DNA of 64,000 bases, taken from contig SNRW01000001.1 of assembly GCA_008636045.1 (NCBI GenBank), forward strand, positions 1-64,000, written 5' to 3'. The notes beneath the pieces were generated by a model. The model was not told the DNA's origin. It saw nothing but the letters and a program-made list of their open reading frames with translations, and did no database searches. The DNA comes from Streblomastix strix. Its lineage: Eukaryota. Shown one piece after another: positions 28,401-41,981 of the stretch; position 1 is the stretch's first letter, and each line of letters opens with the position of its first letter. The position numbers were made by a program, and so were the translations under genes.

Positions 28401-31236
28401 AGTTTTGATCACCACTATTCGTTTATTACTGAGATGATGATAATGGCCAAAGAGCTTTATTTGCATCAGCTTCTGCTGTGATAATCCGAACTTACTAAAC
28501 TAACGCAGTTTCCACACCCAACAAAGACATAATTCGAATCGTTCTTTCTCCAGCTTATTAATTAACTGTATTCCATTTAAGTATTGTTATGTCTATGTCC
28601 ATCCTCTCCCATGTTTCAGATAGTTTCCCACCTGTACTGTATATCCTTTCAGTTATCTTCTCTATTTAATCTGCTAACTGAGTCATAGAGTTGAGTATTG
28701 TTGGTACTGGTGTTAATGCGATGTTTATATCACCTTCATTAAATAGTATTGGATCCCAATTCTTCTCTTCATGTAAGAATAGATCTATACCTGTGCAGCT
28801 CAATCTACTAGTATAATATCCTAAGTTGCATAATGTATACAGCAATTCAAGAGAGTTATCATAGTATTTAAGTGATACATTTAAAGCAATTTCTCCAATT
28901 ATTATCATAAGTAAAAATACAACGAATTGTGTAATAAAACCTTAAACATGTCGAATGCCAGTTTGTGTACCAACAACTAAATTTGAGTTAGATATCATAG
29001 AAGCATTCTCAGAACCTTCTACATTATATTCATCAATATCGACCTAATCAAATTATTAACTTTATTTAAATAGAATAGATTTAGTTCTCATCTTATAATC
29101 TTTTTCTTTCTTTTTTAAAATATTACGTTTCTTCTTTTTTTTCAATATTTTTTATGTTTATTAAGAAGTACCTGATGCTGTTGAAATGGGACCCTAAATA
29201 TTAGATGAAGTTTATCCTTAAATATCCTAACTCCTGCTTGGTTGTATGGTGATAGTTTATTGAGAATTAGTATTATATTAAGTATCTGATATAACTTGTG
29301 TATGGGGCCTCGACATAGTTCGATCTCTCATATTAACTTCATCCTGTGAGTTTGAAGGCGAGATTGGATTTTAATTTTAAAATTCTTTTTCAATAGCAAC
29401 AGCACGTTCGAGCGCATAATGGGCTTCTCCTTCATCACGAAGAAGCTAACCTGTGAAAACTGAATAACTACGAAGCACAGTTGGATTGTTGATGCATGTT
29501 TCCAGAAGTTTAATATAAAGCTTCTATGTTTTGATTGTAAGCTCGGACATACTTTCAACATGTTTCTGCAGCTCCCATAGGTCGGGTTCTGGACGAAGAA
29601 GTCCTTCAAAGAACATTCGGAGATATCCTAATGCTTCTTCAACATAATCTTCTGCAACATCCAATTTCTTCTGCTCCAAAGCTGTGAGTGTTCTTCTTGC
29701 GAAACCAGAGCGCAATTAATTCTTATGATGGCGTGTTCTTTGTTAATCTAACATTTGAGATGCAAGGATTACCCTTAGAGCAAAAGGTGGTCTCTACATT
29801 CGGCATCGAATGATTTAGTCTGCTGCAAGTCTGGCTTATTTAGCTATTTGTTGAAGGAAGGTTGAATAGTGAAAAAGTAACTCTGAATTATCTTTGTTTA
29901 GCCGAAGTGCAGTGCTATAGCAGAATTAAGCATAAAGTACATAATATGCAGTTCGTAACTCTTTAACTTTAAGGAATCTTAAATGTCTCTCCACCATCCA
30001 AACCTTCTTAAAATCATCAACAGTGAGTACTTATGGAGCAACTTCAACTTCATCTCCAGTTTGCACTCCTGAATTGTATGCAAGTCCGAGAAGATTTTTT
30101 TCCTTATCAAGTAACCATCTTTTGTGGCCCAACCATTTGATTAGAATACCACAAATCACAGAGAAAACAATTCCTGAGAATAAACCAAATCCAAACATCA
30201 AATACATTGTAAGACTCACAGGCATTTATTCTGATCCCCCATCAGCTGTAGGTTTCTCTTAAGTTCCCTGAATTGCAGATGCAATCTCCATAAATAATCT
30301 GACGTTTCCATAAATACAGTATCGTGCAGACATTGCAACATTCCCTGAAGTGTTGTAGAATGGTTGGTAGTAAATGTAGATAATCACAAGCACAAGAGAA
30401 GTCCCAACACTCACGACTCCTCGCCAGAATTACCAATTTATAAGCATTCTCTGTCCGAAGACCATCCCAAACAAAAGAAATCGTTAAAATGCCTCAATTC
30501 CTCCAGAAGGAGATGAAAATAAACCTCCGTGTTTGTAATTATTACTGAACACACATAGACCAAACAATATTTGAATTATAAGGTATATAATGCATAGCAC
30601 AATGGCCAAAGATGCTCCTATTATCTGCAATGCACTGTTCTTAAAGCACTATGCAGTCCCACATCTTAATACAATCTATTTATCCGATAATGCATAGCAA
30701 TCAAAGGTTGATATAGCAATGTTCAGTGAGGCAATGTAAAGAAATGACTGAATTAAATCAAATATGATATGATTAACTGTTATTAGCTAATTGTGAGCTG
30801 ATATTATATTTTCGTGAAACACGCAAACAATCGCATGAATTCCAAAACTTATAAGAAAAAGTCCTAATAGTCCAAAAAGAACAAAAGATATATAATCACC
30901 AACTAAGAATCCCCAAGATGTTCCATCAATGTATCCTAAAGCTCGGAAAAATGAACTATCATATCGTGTTGATCCATTTATATTATATACTCCAAGCGAA
31001 ATAAGTTAAATAGTCTCAAGAAACCACAAAATCAGGCCTTTTTAATCCTTAGAATTCTTGCTCTATAAGAAAAAATATTAAATAATTAATTGTGATAATA
31101 AAACAATAAATACCTAATCATATAATGGTGAAAGTAACTTTGCAATAAATACATCAGGAGAACTCAAGCCTTTAGCACTCAATTCAACATCGTCCTCTTC
31201 AATATCCGAATTTGGGTCTTCTTTTACAACAGACAT
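25489..31236 (-). CDS. Second multi-pass TmcB/TmcC-like TPR membrane protein with degenerate C-terminal hemerythrin-like domain
   Basis: Same architecture as 6649-12476: TM bundle, LLFHYSTFLQQ and LLETCINNPTVLRSYSVF TPR-like segments, more TM pairs; C-terminal GVNWLDEGR, CFNKEE, HKREH, EHYINKD; ATG 31236, TGA 25489-25491. Confidence 0.7.
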
Positions 31237-31891
31237 TAAATTCTATGATAAATACTAAACAAATAAATTGAAAATCGTTAAAAATTATTATATATAATTA
31301 ATTATTAAAATATAATAATACATAAAAAGAAAAATCGTTGAAAATTGTTAATTTTAATGGTAAAAAATAGAAAATATAAAAAATAAATTTAACTTTTTAT
31401 TTCCAAGTAATAAAAAAAAATAAATAACAAAAATTAATTAAAATAAATAACAATATTAAAAATATTGCTGTTAAATGAATTTTGTTAATATAATTGAAAA
31501 GAAAAATGATCGAATATAATTTAAATTAATTCAGGGATTAATTTTATAAATTAATTTTCTAAATTATCATATATTACCAAATATTTCAAATTTACAAAGC
31601 AACGATTTAATTTAACAATTTCACCATTCGTCACCATACTGCCGAATATTTTTGATCAAAGGTCAATTATTTTGCACGCTATACATATATTCATGTTTTG
31701 TTGACCTCGCAGAGAATATTTATATTGTCCCAAAGAGAAATTTATGTGCGCTAAACCACAAATTTAGCTCCAAACAATATCCATCAACATTTGGCGCACA
31801 TTGTAATAATTTGAACAGAAATTACTTTTATATTTATTTATGTATATTCATCTCTATAATGGTTATATAATTCAGATCATTACTTTTCCAT

Positions 31892-34800
31892 ATGACGAGT
31901 TAACAACAGCCAAACATTAATTCCGTTGTTCGCCGTGCGTATAATGAGGTGTGCTTTGACAATAGTGTTATCTTAATTAATTTTCTATGTACTGATAGAA
32001 TATCATCCCGATAACGATCGAGAAGATTGCAGAGAAGAAAGATGCCGAAACCTTGGGGAACTTGCGAGTTTTGCTCTCTGAGTATTCAAAAGGCATATTC
32101 ACTCCTTATTTGATTATTGATTGTTTTTCTATCCTCTCCAGATGCCTAGAATGGACGAAAGATGGGCTAAAATAACCTTCCATTAATGATTACGAACCTT
32201 TTATCCCAAGAAAACAAATTGAGCATCAAAGAACAGCTTGAGTTTAATGCCATTTCTAACACACTGCTTTGTGGAATGGCATCATTGGAAGCCGCTGACA
32301 AACCTGATATGAGTGACATTTTCCTGCGTCTTCATATAAGCTCTCTGCTTGCTCTTATCCTTGCGCCTTCAGATTCCACATCAAAATCTGCAGGATAAGC
32401 TCTTTTTAATCTCATTTAAAACGATCGCAGCGCTAAGAATGTATTATTACGATAAACAGGGTTTGCAGAAATATCTGTACTTGAGCTGTAGAATGCACGA
32501 ACGTCTAAGGAGGCGAAAAAAGGGTTACTTGAAGTCACACGTATTGCAATCGAAATGTCTGATGATGTTACTTTCACTGCACAGGGTAATATCGACAAGC
32601 CTCCAACAACCGCAGATTGTTTGATACCGCTTCTGAATCTGGTATTTAGGAGTGCTGAGAAGGGAAACTACTTTGGTATTCCAGAAGTGACAGGAGCACT
32701 CATGGAACTTTGCAAGTAGAAAAACATCACACAAAAATCAGCACCTACATAAGCAGCAAACAAGGTAGCGAGTTCGTCTATTTATACTGCATCTGGAAAA
32801 GGTGATGGGAAAGCTGCTGCTGGTCCAACTATATACGCTCCATCTGCAGGATCCCGTGCAGCAAAATCTCAGGTTCCTTAATAAACTTCAGCTGACTAAC
32901 CTGAATCATAAGATTAAGAATAAAATGAAGTTAATTTGACACTTAGAAAAGGACATACAAGTGAAGCTGTAATGGCAATGAAAGCTCAGAAGTAAATAAA
33001 AGAAGCCAAATAAGCAGCTGTTACAGATGTTATGGTTGAATCATTGTAGGATGAAAGCAATATGATGAAACTTAGAGTTTAATTTGTAGAAGGTGAACTT
33101 AAGAAAAGAGAAGATGAAATAAGTGAATTGCGGAAACAGCAGGTTGTCATTGATGATAATATGCGAGCTGCTTATGCTGAACGAGATGAAAAAGAAAAGC
33201 GAATGAAGGGTGTCGATGATATAGCGAAAGAGAAAGATCGTATCATCCAAAGAAGAGAGAAGACTATTGAAGAAATGTAAAAGAATAAGAGAGTTTCTGA
33301 TACAGACATTGAAATATTAAATCAAAGACTTTAAAAACTTGGAGAGGAATCTCAAAAGATGAAAGATGATCTTGAAGCATAAATATTTGAAGTTAGGAGA
33401 GTTAAAGATGAACTTGAAGCAAAACAAGCTGAATTAAAGGAAGCAAACGATAAAGTTGCAATTTTAACTGAGATTCAGCGAAAATAATTGGATGATAACT
33501 TTGTGATGAAAAGACGTGTGGACGAAATGGAGGAAGATTTGAGTTGGGCGAAACTAAACCATTAAACCATGGAACAGAGAATGCATGCTTTGGAAGACAG
33601 AGTCAAAGCCAAAGATTAAAGAGCATATGCATTGAATACAGAAATCATGAATCAAGAGTAGAGATTGAGAGCCAAAGAAGATGAAATCGATAAACGTGAT
33701 GAAGCTGTTCGTATTGCAGAAGTAAAAGTTAGCTTCGTGTAGAAAGAGAAGGAAACAGTGATTGAAGAGAAAATAGCTCTTGAATAGCAAATCTCAGAAC
33801 TTGAAGAAGAAGTAAGAAAGAAAGAAGAAGAGAAAAGAGGAAGAGATAAAAGGATTTTAGAGATGGAAGATAAATTAAAAGAGAGTGAAAGAGTTGTTCT
33901 TGAAAAACAGAGACAAATTGATGAAAAAATGAGGGAAAAGAGAGATAAGGAAGAAGAAATTAATAGATTGAAAGATGGATTGCGAATTGGTGAAGAAGAG
34001 AACGAGGCTCGAATGAGGAAACTTTTGGAACGTGAAAAAGCAATTGAATAACTTGAAGATGAAGGCAAGAAGAAAAATGATGATGAACAAAAGCGTCTGG
34101 ACAGACTCTCGTTCTTGGAAGCTGAAATAAAACGGAAAAATGATGAAATTGAAGAAAGAAAAAGAAGAATGATCGATGTTGAAGCAAATGCAAGATTGAT
34201 GGATGAACAGAAAAAGGAGAAAGAGAAATAATATATGATCTTGCATGTGATGATGAATTCAAAAGATGCATAAATAAGCAAGATGACAAAGAAATAAGAA
34301 TAACTTGAAAAAGAAGTATTGCGTGCAGCAAAAGAACGTGATGGATTGAAAAAACAGATTGATGATATTAACAATGAGAAGAAAGCAAGAGAAGAAGAAA
34401 TAAAAGCACTAAATGAGAAAATAATTGAAAAAGACACTTAACTTGACTAGCTTGAAAAGAAGAAGAATGAAGCTTTGAAACAAAAAGATGATGAGATAAA
34501 GAAAATTGCAGCAAAATTATCACAATTGGAGGACGAAAAGAAGAGACGCGAAGAAGAAATTGTGCAATTGAAAAAGAAAGTCAATGATTTGGATGAAGAA
34601 ATCAGAAAGAATTAGAAAGACAAAAGAGATAATGAAAAAAAGATTAAAGAAGCATTAGATAAAATTGCAGCATTAGAAGCATTAATAAAGAAGAAAGATG
34701 AAGAATTGAAAGCTGCAGCCGAAAAAATCAAAGAAGGTGAAGATGAATTAATTAAAAAAGAAGAACAATTATTGGATTAAAAAAAGAAAATTTAAAAATC

Positions 34801-37251
34801 CGAGGAAGATATGATTGTTATGGCAAAAGATAAAAAAAGAAAAGAAGATAAATTGAAAGTTGTATCTTAAATGGTCAAATCAAAGAACAAAGAACTCGAA
34901 ATAATGAGTCCTGAGTATGAGCACATGAAAATTGAAGGATCTCACATTGTGCTTGCTGCTATCCTGAACTTGTATGAATATATATATTTTTCTTATAAAT
35001 TATTCAATTATCATTTTTATTTAAAATTTAATTATCTCTCTTTTCTTATTATGTCTTAGTGATCCTAATTAGCGCATATAAAGGAAATCATTGGATCTTC
35101 TTAAAACTAGGATTGAAGATGCGGATGTTCCAACAAAGATTCGAATTGGACATAGTGGAATCTTCCTTGATTTGAAGTAACTTTTGGATCAAGTGTGTAA
35201 TTATTATAAATTAAATCCGAATGTGATGAAAATAAAATGAAAATTTATATTAATTAATAAATGATAATAAATAATAAAGAATTTATATTCGTCTTTATTT
35301 TTATCTTTTTTATAAGGTTCGATTGAATGATATGGACTAATATCAACAACTTCTATCTCCAAAAGCAGACAAAGGAACTCCTGGGAAACTTGGAGCTTAA
35401 CCTAAAGGTTCCGTAACAGATAGAGGAACTGGAGATAATTCTAAAAAAGATTCTGAAGCTCGGCTGCCAAAGGAAGAAGAGATTATTGAAACTATTTGTA
35501 CAATTATTTACTATACGTTTGATGGAAACAAAGATGGAGCACAAGATGCATATGAATCAGAACTAGTATCTACACTACTTCCTTTCTACTCTCCACTATA
35601 CATAACATAATAACAAGTGATTTCTCTCAATGTGTAATCTTCTGCCATATAAGAAGCAAAGAAACAACAATAATCACAGAATCAAAGAGGACGTGTTTCT
35701 GGGTCAAATGTTGAAATTTAAATAGCTTAGCAAGGACTTAATTGCACAACTGGACTTGTTTCAGCTGAAAAATCTCTAAATTTGCTCTTTTCTCGTTTGT
35801 AGCGCATACACACAAGTTCTCTGTTCAAGATTATATTCCTTGGATCTCACGAAGAGCGAATGATGTTATTTGATCAAGGGATTATCTAGTTGCTAATGAC
35901 GTTACTTAAACATCCACAAAAACTAATCTCTTCTGACATCCTTGCCAGTTTGCACAACATGATAGTAGCTGAGCGTGAATAGGTTAAAGATGAAAAATAA
36001 AATGGACTCAGACCAAAAGGAGATGACGAAGATGGTATCTTAGATGAAGATGATATTTACAACGAAAAACAGCAATAAAAAGAAGATTAAGATGACTTTT
36101 TCACGACTCAAGTTGCAGGTCAAGATCAAATAAGGCATCCATTCAGACAGGTATCTTTGAATATTCAGACATATAATGAATTCAAATACTTTTTTTAATT
36201 TTTTCAAATTATATAGACAATAGAAGATTCTGGTGGAGTAAACATGCTAATGGATATATACAATGAAGGACTTTCACAACATTCATAGAACCTTGTTGCA
36301 ATCTGCATAAGTTTCTTGTACAGGAGTGAAGAACTTCCTTCAAAATATAGGTTATTTAATTTAATACAAATTATTATAATTTTAATATTAAGAAAAAGAA
36401 ATTTAGTTTAGTAAATCAAAAAAAAATTTTTTTTTAATTATTAATAATTTCGAAATCAAAATATTTATTTAGAGAGATATTCATGCATTTGAAGAGGCTC
36501 CTTGAAACAGCCGCTGGAAATTTACAAGCGAAAGGAACAAAAGCTGTAAAAAAATAACCTGCATAGAAACCAATTGTGAAACAATCACCAACCAAACTGC
36601 TGACAGTTTGCCAATTAATGATTTATGCGATTGTAGAAAGTTACATATAACTATATAAATACTTAAAATATTACTATGTATATTTTGAATATACCATTTT
36701 TTTCGTTTAGGATGGCGAAACAATTGTGGATGACAGTGATGATGATGATGAAGTGATTCACATGTAAGCGTTGATTGGACTTGGATATTTGGCTGCAAAC
36801 AGAAGTATTTTATTTCAATAAGAAAAACAATTCCCAGAAAAAGATTCAAATTTTATTTGCTTTATTTTTATTTAATCTTTGCTTTTTCTAGGCAATCACC
36901 GTGCCATCTTGACAAACAACTTCGTTGACATTATTTCCAAATTTATATTGTTTGCACTTTTTTATTTATTTTATTTTATTTTTTATTTATGTTCAAAATT
37001 CAGTGGAAATTCAGAGGAGGCTGTGAAAGGAGCAGCGTTGTATCTAGCATTCTAACTCGTATTGAATGGGGCGAGCGATACAAAGAACACAATGATTGAA
37101 ATTCTATAGATCGATAAAGTATTTATTTTAAATCAAAATTGATGTAATTTTTATTTTATTTTATTTTTAATAGATTCGCTAGTTACAAGGATATCCTAAC
37201 CCAGTTATATCTAAGAATGCTACCAATCTAGTTCAAGAGATGATTAGGTGA
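31892..37251 (+). CDS. Large coiled-coil protein with N- and C-terminal ARM-like helical regions, spliced
   Basis: Very long E/K/Q-rich heptad region at ~33.0-34.9 kb, open only under TAR=Gln; helical repeats at both ends; several introns; ends LVQEMIR-TGA. Confidence 0.75.
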
Positions 37252-37920
37252 ATATGAGTTTTTTAAAAAACTGTGATAAAGATGTTTTGTTAGAAATCAA
37301 ATAATTTAAACTAACATCCCACTAAAGAGTAGATATTTTATTTTATTTTTCCCTTTCTGAACTATTTAACAAATTGTCGTTTTTGACTATAAGAATTATT
37401 TCATATGTTGTCAGTGATATTTCTAGTAATTTTAAAAGAATTAATAAACTTCTTGAATAATATTTTTTCTTTAGATTCTCACTTAATAATATTATATTAA
37501 AAAATCCAAATAAAAAAAAAATTTTCCATTCTACTGAGAAAAGGAAATTATAAAATCTCTATGAAAAAACTAAGATTATAAAAGTATAAATATAAAATAA
37601 CTGTTAAACCAATAAAATATTTAATTTAATTCGTTGATCTTTCATTAACCTTTAATGATTCTTATAGAATTGGTTTAATTTCACGCCCTCGTGTGTATCT
37701 TATTCATTTTCTTTGTTGCAACTTCTATACCAGCTCTTCTTTATAAATAATTTCTTATGTCAATCTTTATCTTTTTATAATATGACTTAATGAAAGTTTT
37801 CACTCTTTAATCAATTTTTTTTACTCCTAATCTTAATTCTAAGTATTTGAGATATCTATTGAATCTTTCTCCATATCTCTTAGATATTGAGTATATGAGT
37901 ACCTATTATAATCGTGTATC

Positions 37921-38847
37921 TAAGAAATAGTTAAAAAATAAACAGATTTAATTGAGGCGGGAGTTTAAGGATTAAATTGAACCAATTATTTAAACAGTGA
38001 AATTAAACTAGTGGATGAATTAGTGATATATAAGGCAAATAGAGCGGCATATTTTATTAAAGATGGTCCATTTATCATATATAGCTTTGGAGCAAAATTA
38101 TCACAACTAATTCAAGTGAATTCAGAAACATAATAAACCGTATATAAATTATTCTCGACAACCAATAAAAAAGTACTACCGCCTAATACGAAATATATGC
38201 CTATTCATGTAGAATTGCAAGAGTTTTCCGCTATGTGTTTGTTCAATGATATTTATGATAAATCGTCAGCTGTTTAGGTAGCCGTTAGTGGATAATTAAA
38301 TACGTATGATTGCGAATTTCAGGGAACGTATATCCTTGATAACTATGCGAACAGCTCAAACCCCAATGAATCGGTATCAAATGAAGCAACTTATGATTCA
38401 GTCATCGACGACGTAATAATAGAACATGAAAATTAATTAGGCTAATCACTACAATCACAATGTACGATAACAAATGTATTCAATTAATTTATAATTAATG
38501 ATTTTTTCCCTTCTTCAGTATATAATACGTACTATATCGTTGATGATGGCTCTTGCAGAGTATGCGTATTCAATTTATATTTCGAATCAAAAGGTTTGCA
38601 AAGTAGAACTTAAGAAGTAGGTCTTATTCTTGATTCTGTAGTACCTGCTGATGGTAAAAGTTTGGGTTTTCCTGCAGCAATATATAGGACATAGGGCGGA
38701 AAATAGAATAAATTTTCTGTGAATTATTTTATTGTAAATGTTTAATTTAAAATGCTATTCTTTAAATTATCATAATCATAAAAGTCAATTCCATAAGATT
38801 CAGCTGATGTCTTCTAATATTACACTAGTGAAATGTATTATTTGTGA
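37921..38847 (+). pseudogene. Beta-rich putative fiber/spike protein, copy A
   Basis: About 290 open codons after an in-frame TGA at 37978; aromatic/beta-strand rich; C-terminus (..FKMLFFKL..DSADVFQYYTSEMYYL*) aligns with the ORF ending at 63826. Function is inferred from position and composition only. Confidence 0.45.
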
Positions 38848-38849
38848 AA

Positions 38850-39010
38850 AACATCAACAAAAAGCATTATTTTGGAACATGAAATTGACGTGGGTAGTGA
38901 ATAACTTTTGACTACACCAAGTGCATCGAGCGCATCGAGTCAGAAACTTTCATCGAAAACTGTGGCCAACTGGCCAACTGGCCAATAATTGAGAAAAATA
39001 ATTATAATTT
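38850..39010 (+). repeat. Left arm of imperfect inverted repeat (pairs with ~39860-40030)
   Basis: actacaccaagtgcatcgagcgcatcgagtcagaaactttcatcgaaaactg (38911-38962) is the near reverse complement of cagttcttgatgaaagtttttgactagatgcactcgatgcactcggtgcagt (39919-39970); weaker similarity extends on both sides. Confidence 0.85.
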
Positions 39011-39032
39011 CAAACGTGAATGCTTATATTTT

Positions 39033-39812
39033 TCATTGGTTCTATAATTATATTCTTCGACTCTGTATATCAATTGGTAATTTTTATCTTAAATATTATT
39101 CGTTTCTTAATATATCAAAATCTTATCTAAATTAACCATTTTTATCTGTACCATAACTATAATCAAGAAATGAACTAGCAACATCTAACCTTTTACCTAT
39201 TATTTAGCCGACAGGACCGAAAGCTGCAAGTATTGGTTTAGCAAATGGTTTTATTAACGATTTATAAACGTTATCATTAGCCCATTATAGACCTTTCCTT
39301 AATTTTTAAACAAATTACAGTCATTATCGGTTAATTCAAATATCGGTTAATTCACAGTAGATTTAATTCGCAGTATTTGAACTAAATGACTTATATTTTA
39401 AAAGTTTTTGCTTAAGTTTTATCACTTAATTCGCAGTAACAAAGTATGTAATTCACAGTAAATTTTAATCAAATCCTTATAAATTCTAATTAATTAAAAT
39501 TTAAAAAAAATTTATGATAAATTTACATACAAATTGCATAAATTGAATATTTTATTTCTTTCAATAAGACTAAAACCAATAAAAATATGTCAAAGAAATT
39601 CTAAAAATTTATTTTTTAAAAAAAAATTTAATTATTTTTATTTATATAATTATTTTATTATTGAATTTCTCTAATTTATATAAAAATTTTAGTAGTTTTA
39701 TGTATAAAATCAGCGAATTATCTATAATTCACAGTTCCATTTTTTGATAAATCGTTTTTTGAATTAACCGATAATGACTGTATTTGATTTTATTAAAGAT
39801 GCCAATCGCTAT
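39033..39812 (-). pseudogene. Small amphipathic Gly/Ala-rich virion protein (lytic-peptide-like), copy A, interrupted by a MITE
   Basis: Removing 39318-39780 plus one TA restores the frame: IAIGIFNKIKQFVQKLRKGLQWANDNVYKSLIKPFAKPILAAFGPVGQIIGKRLDVASSFLD...QFRQDF...YLRQKLPIDIQSRRIQL; aligns with 63464-63793; start codon is ATA. Confidence 0.75.
39318..39780. mobile_element. 463-bp non-autonomous MITE of the Tc1/mariner-pogo type
   Basis: Perfect 23-bp TIR CAGTCATTATCGGTTAATTCAAA; TA on both flanks (39316-17, 39781-82); repeated internal TAATTC(A/G)CAG motifs; excision restores the interrupted ORF. Confidence 0.92.
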
Positions 39813-39859
39813 AAGTTTATTAATAATAAAAATAAAATTTTATATGTATTATTTTAGAT

Positions 39860-40030
39860 TTGAATATATGATTTTATTTTTAATATTTCTCACTTCTGGC
39901 AGAATGACAGGCTGATAGCAGTTCTTGATGAAAGTTTTTGACTAGATGCACTCGATGCACTCGGTGCAGTAAATAGTCATCCATTAACGAAGCCATTTAT
40001 GCGTACCATTTTCAATAAATTTATTGATGT
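39860..40030 (-). repeat. Right arm of imperfect inverted repeat (pairs with ~38850-39010)
   Basis: See left arm; contains the 9-bp array gatgcactc-gatgcactc-ggtgcagt. Confidence 0.85.
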
Positions 40031-40138
40031 GTTATGACTCGGTGCTTCAGCCGCAGGCGGAGTCTTCGACATAATCAAAGTATTTATGTTTAATTAAGTA
40101 TTTAATTAATTATTTTGTTTATTAATTGAATGTAAAAG

Positions 40139-41840
40139 ATGAATAGATTCTTAATGAAAGCCACACATTTACAACAAGCGGGGACCATTGAAGAAACATT
40201 GTCAGATAATGCTATTGTTCTAATCACTAATGACGGAGAACATCATTATTCTATCAAAGAAATTAAACCAGTCCAGCGTTATTTGATAAGGAAATTATTA
40301 TAAGTTTATCAGACGCAGACCAAAATATCACATGGATATAAAATTTGTTCTTGTCGGTAGTGCTAACTGCTAATATCCAACTTGATGATAAATTTGATAA
40401 AATTGACGTATCATATAAAGACGGATTGGTTCTATTTGTAGGTTTCAAATCAAGTTCAAATCTTATTAGAGAATACACAATCTATCATAGAAGTAAAACC
40501 ATTGATGGAAGTCTATAGTATGACGCAACAACTGAATCATTCATTTATAACACTATCAAGCCAAAAAGTGAGAAAAATAATAGAAAACATATATATTTTT
40601 TGCATGAGAATAATCAATAATTTGATATTTCAGCGTGTGAAACATATATAAGTATGCGAAAAATTGGAGAGCTAACAGGAAATCAAACAGCGGTTCCACA
40701 TACAATTCCAATACGTTTCAAAGTCAATGTTCCACTTGATGACTTCTTGATATTCTCTACATTTACTGATTATCTTAATAGCGTATTTCGTTATTTAAAA
40801 ATAAAATTCAATATAAATCCTCATGCATTCGTTTTCAGTCAAATGTATTCAATTATTTCAATCGCTAAATATTATATTATGAATAATGATGAGTTATTGG
40901 ATAATAGTTAGTAGAAGTTAAAGGATATTGGTTTGATGTTCAGAAATTGGAGTCCGATATTCTAATTTACTAAATAATTTACGTAATTGGGATCCACTGC
41001 TGATTTAATAGCAGGACTACATACGGAACCACTAACTGAATCAGGATTGAAGAACTTAGTACGCGACGTAAGACCCGTTACTACGCACATAAAAAATTGT
41101 GTCATTATCAAGGTAACGGCTAATATGGCAAGTTATAAAGCTACTGATGCATGTCTCAATCGAGTCCGATAATTCTACAGTTAACGTCCATTTGTCGTAC
41201 CTGCGGAAAAAGTAGAAAATGGCCATCTCCAACATCTTCTACACTAACGGGAATACGAACATCTTAAAATATTCTTCTGTTTCATGTGACGGATTTCTGT
41301 CTTCTATTTCCATAGGATGTTAGAGCTACAACTTGCTTTGAAAATCCTTGCTATCAGAACATGTAAGTAACCACCTGTAGTAATAACTTTCCAGATATGC
41401 CTATGAATACTCTTGACCAATAATTCTTCTAATTACAAATAAAGGCGAGCAATTTAGACCTTTCAATCGAAGCCACTGAAGAATTTGAAGATGCTTTAAC
41501 TACGCCAAGAAATACAGCTACTCGAAGACTTAATCCTCATACTGAATTAATAAACTTTTTGATAACTCTTTAATATGAAAGAAACAGCAATGGAGCATTA
41601 ACTTTCGATGGACTAGACACTCAGAACTAAAACACATCTATCGATCTCAGAGGAGTACCAATATATCAAGGAGCAACAAATTCATACTACAATGTTGATA
41701 CCAGGGGAAAGAGACCATCATCTCCGATTTTATGAACAGTTCATGATACATTTTGGTTGTTTTCAATCTCTGCAGGTGAAAGCTGCATATATGATACTAA
41801 CCATTCATTTGATGAAATTATAAAACCGTTAAGTTCTTGA
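40139..41840 (+). pseudogene. Major capsid protein (putative double jelly-roll), copy A
   Basis: ~565 codons with frameshifts (~40.27 and ~41.22 kb) and an in-frame TGA near 41.73 kb; FVGFKSSSNLIREYTIYH, VPLDDFLIFSTF, LKIKFNINP, FPDMPMNT, LTFDGLDT; collinear with 61688-63410. Capsid assignment rests on size, beta-rich pattern, context and recalled resemblance to protist Maverick capsids. Confidence 0.7.
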
Positions 41841-41981
41841 AAAGTTAATTCATTTATTTTTATACATTTTTATTTTTTTAATATATACATAATAAACACC
41901 TAAACATTAATATTGTTAATTAAATCAGTCATTAGTTATACATATATATATAAATATTATTTTTTATTCATTTTATAATAA

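Noticed and set aside
31995..32020. YHPD, suggesting a DnaJ domain
   Set aside because: The intron phase puts the real frame at NIIPITIEKI; HPD is out of frame.
33652..34437. 261-aa Ser/Phe-rich minus-strand ORF and overlapping ORFs
   Set aside because: Antisense shadow of the plus-strand E/K-rich coiled-coil exon.
1..37251. Host genes as pseudogenes because of many in-frame TAA/TAG
   Set aside because: TAR falls at conserved Gln positions and the frames are otherwise open to a TGA; this is a code reassignment.
37600..37890. Possible additional minus-strand viral ORF at the left edge of the element
   Set aside because: K/Q/E-rich but broken by stops and without recognisable motifs; cannot be supported.
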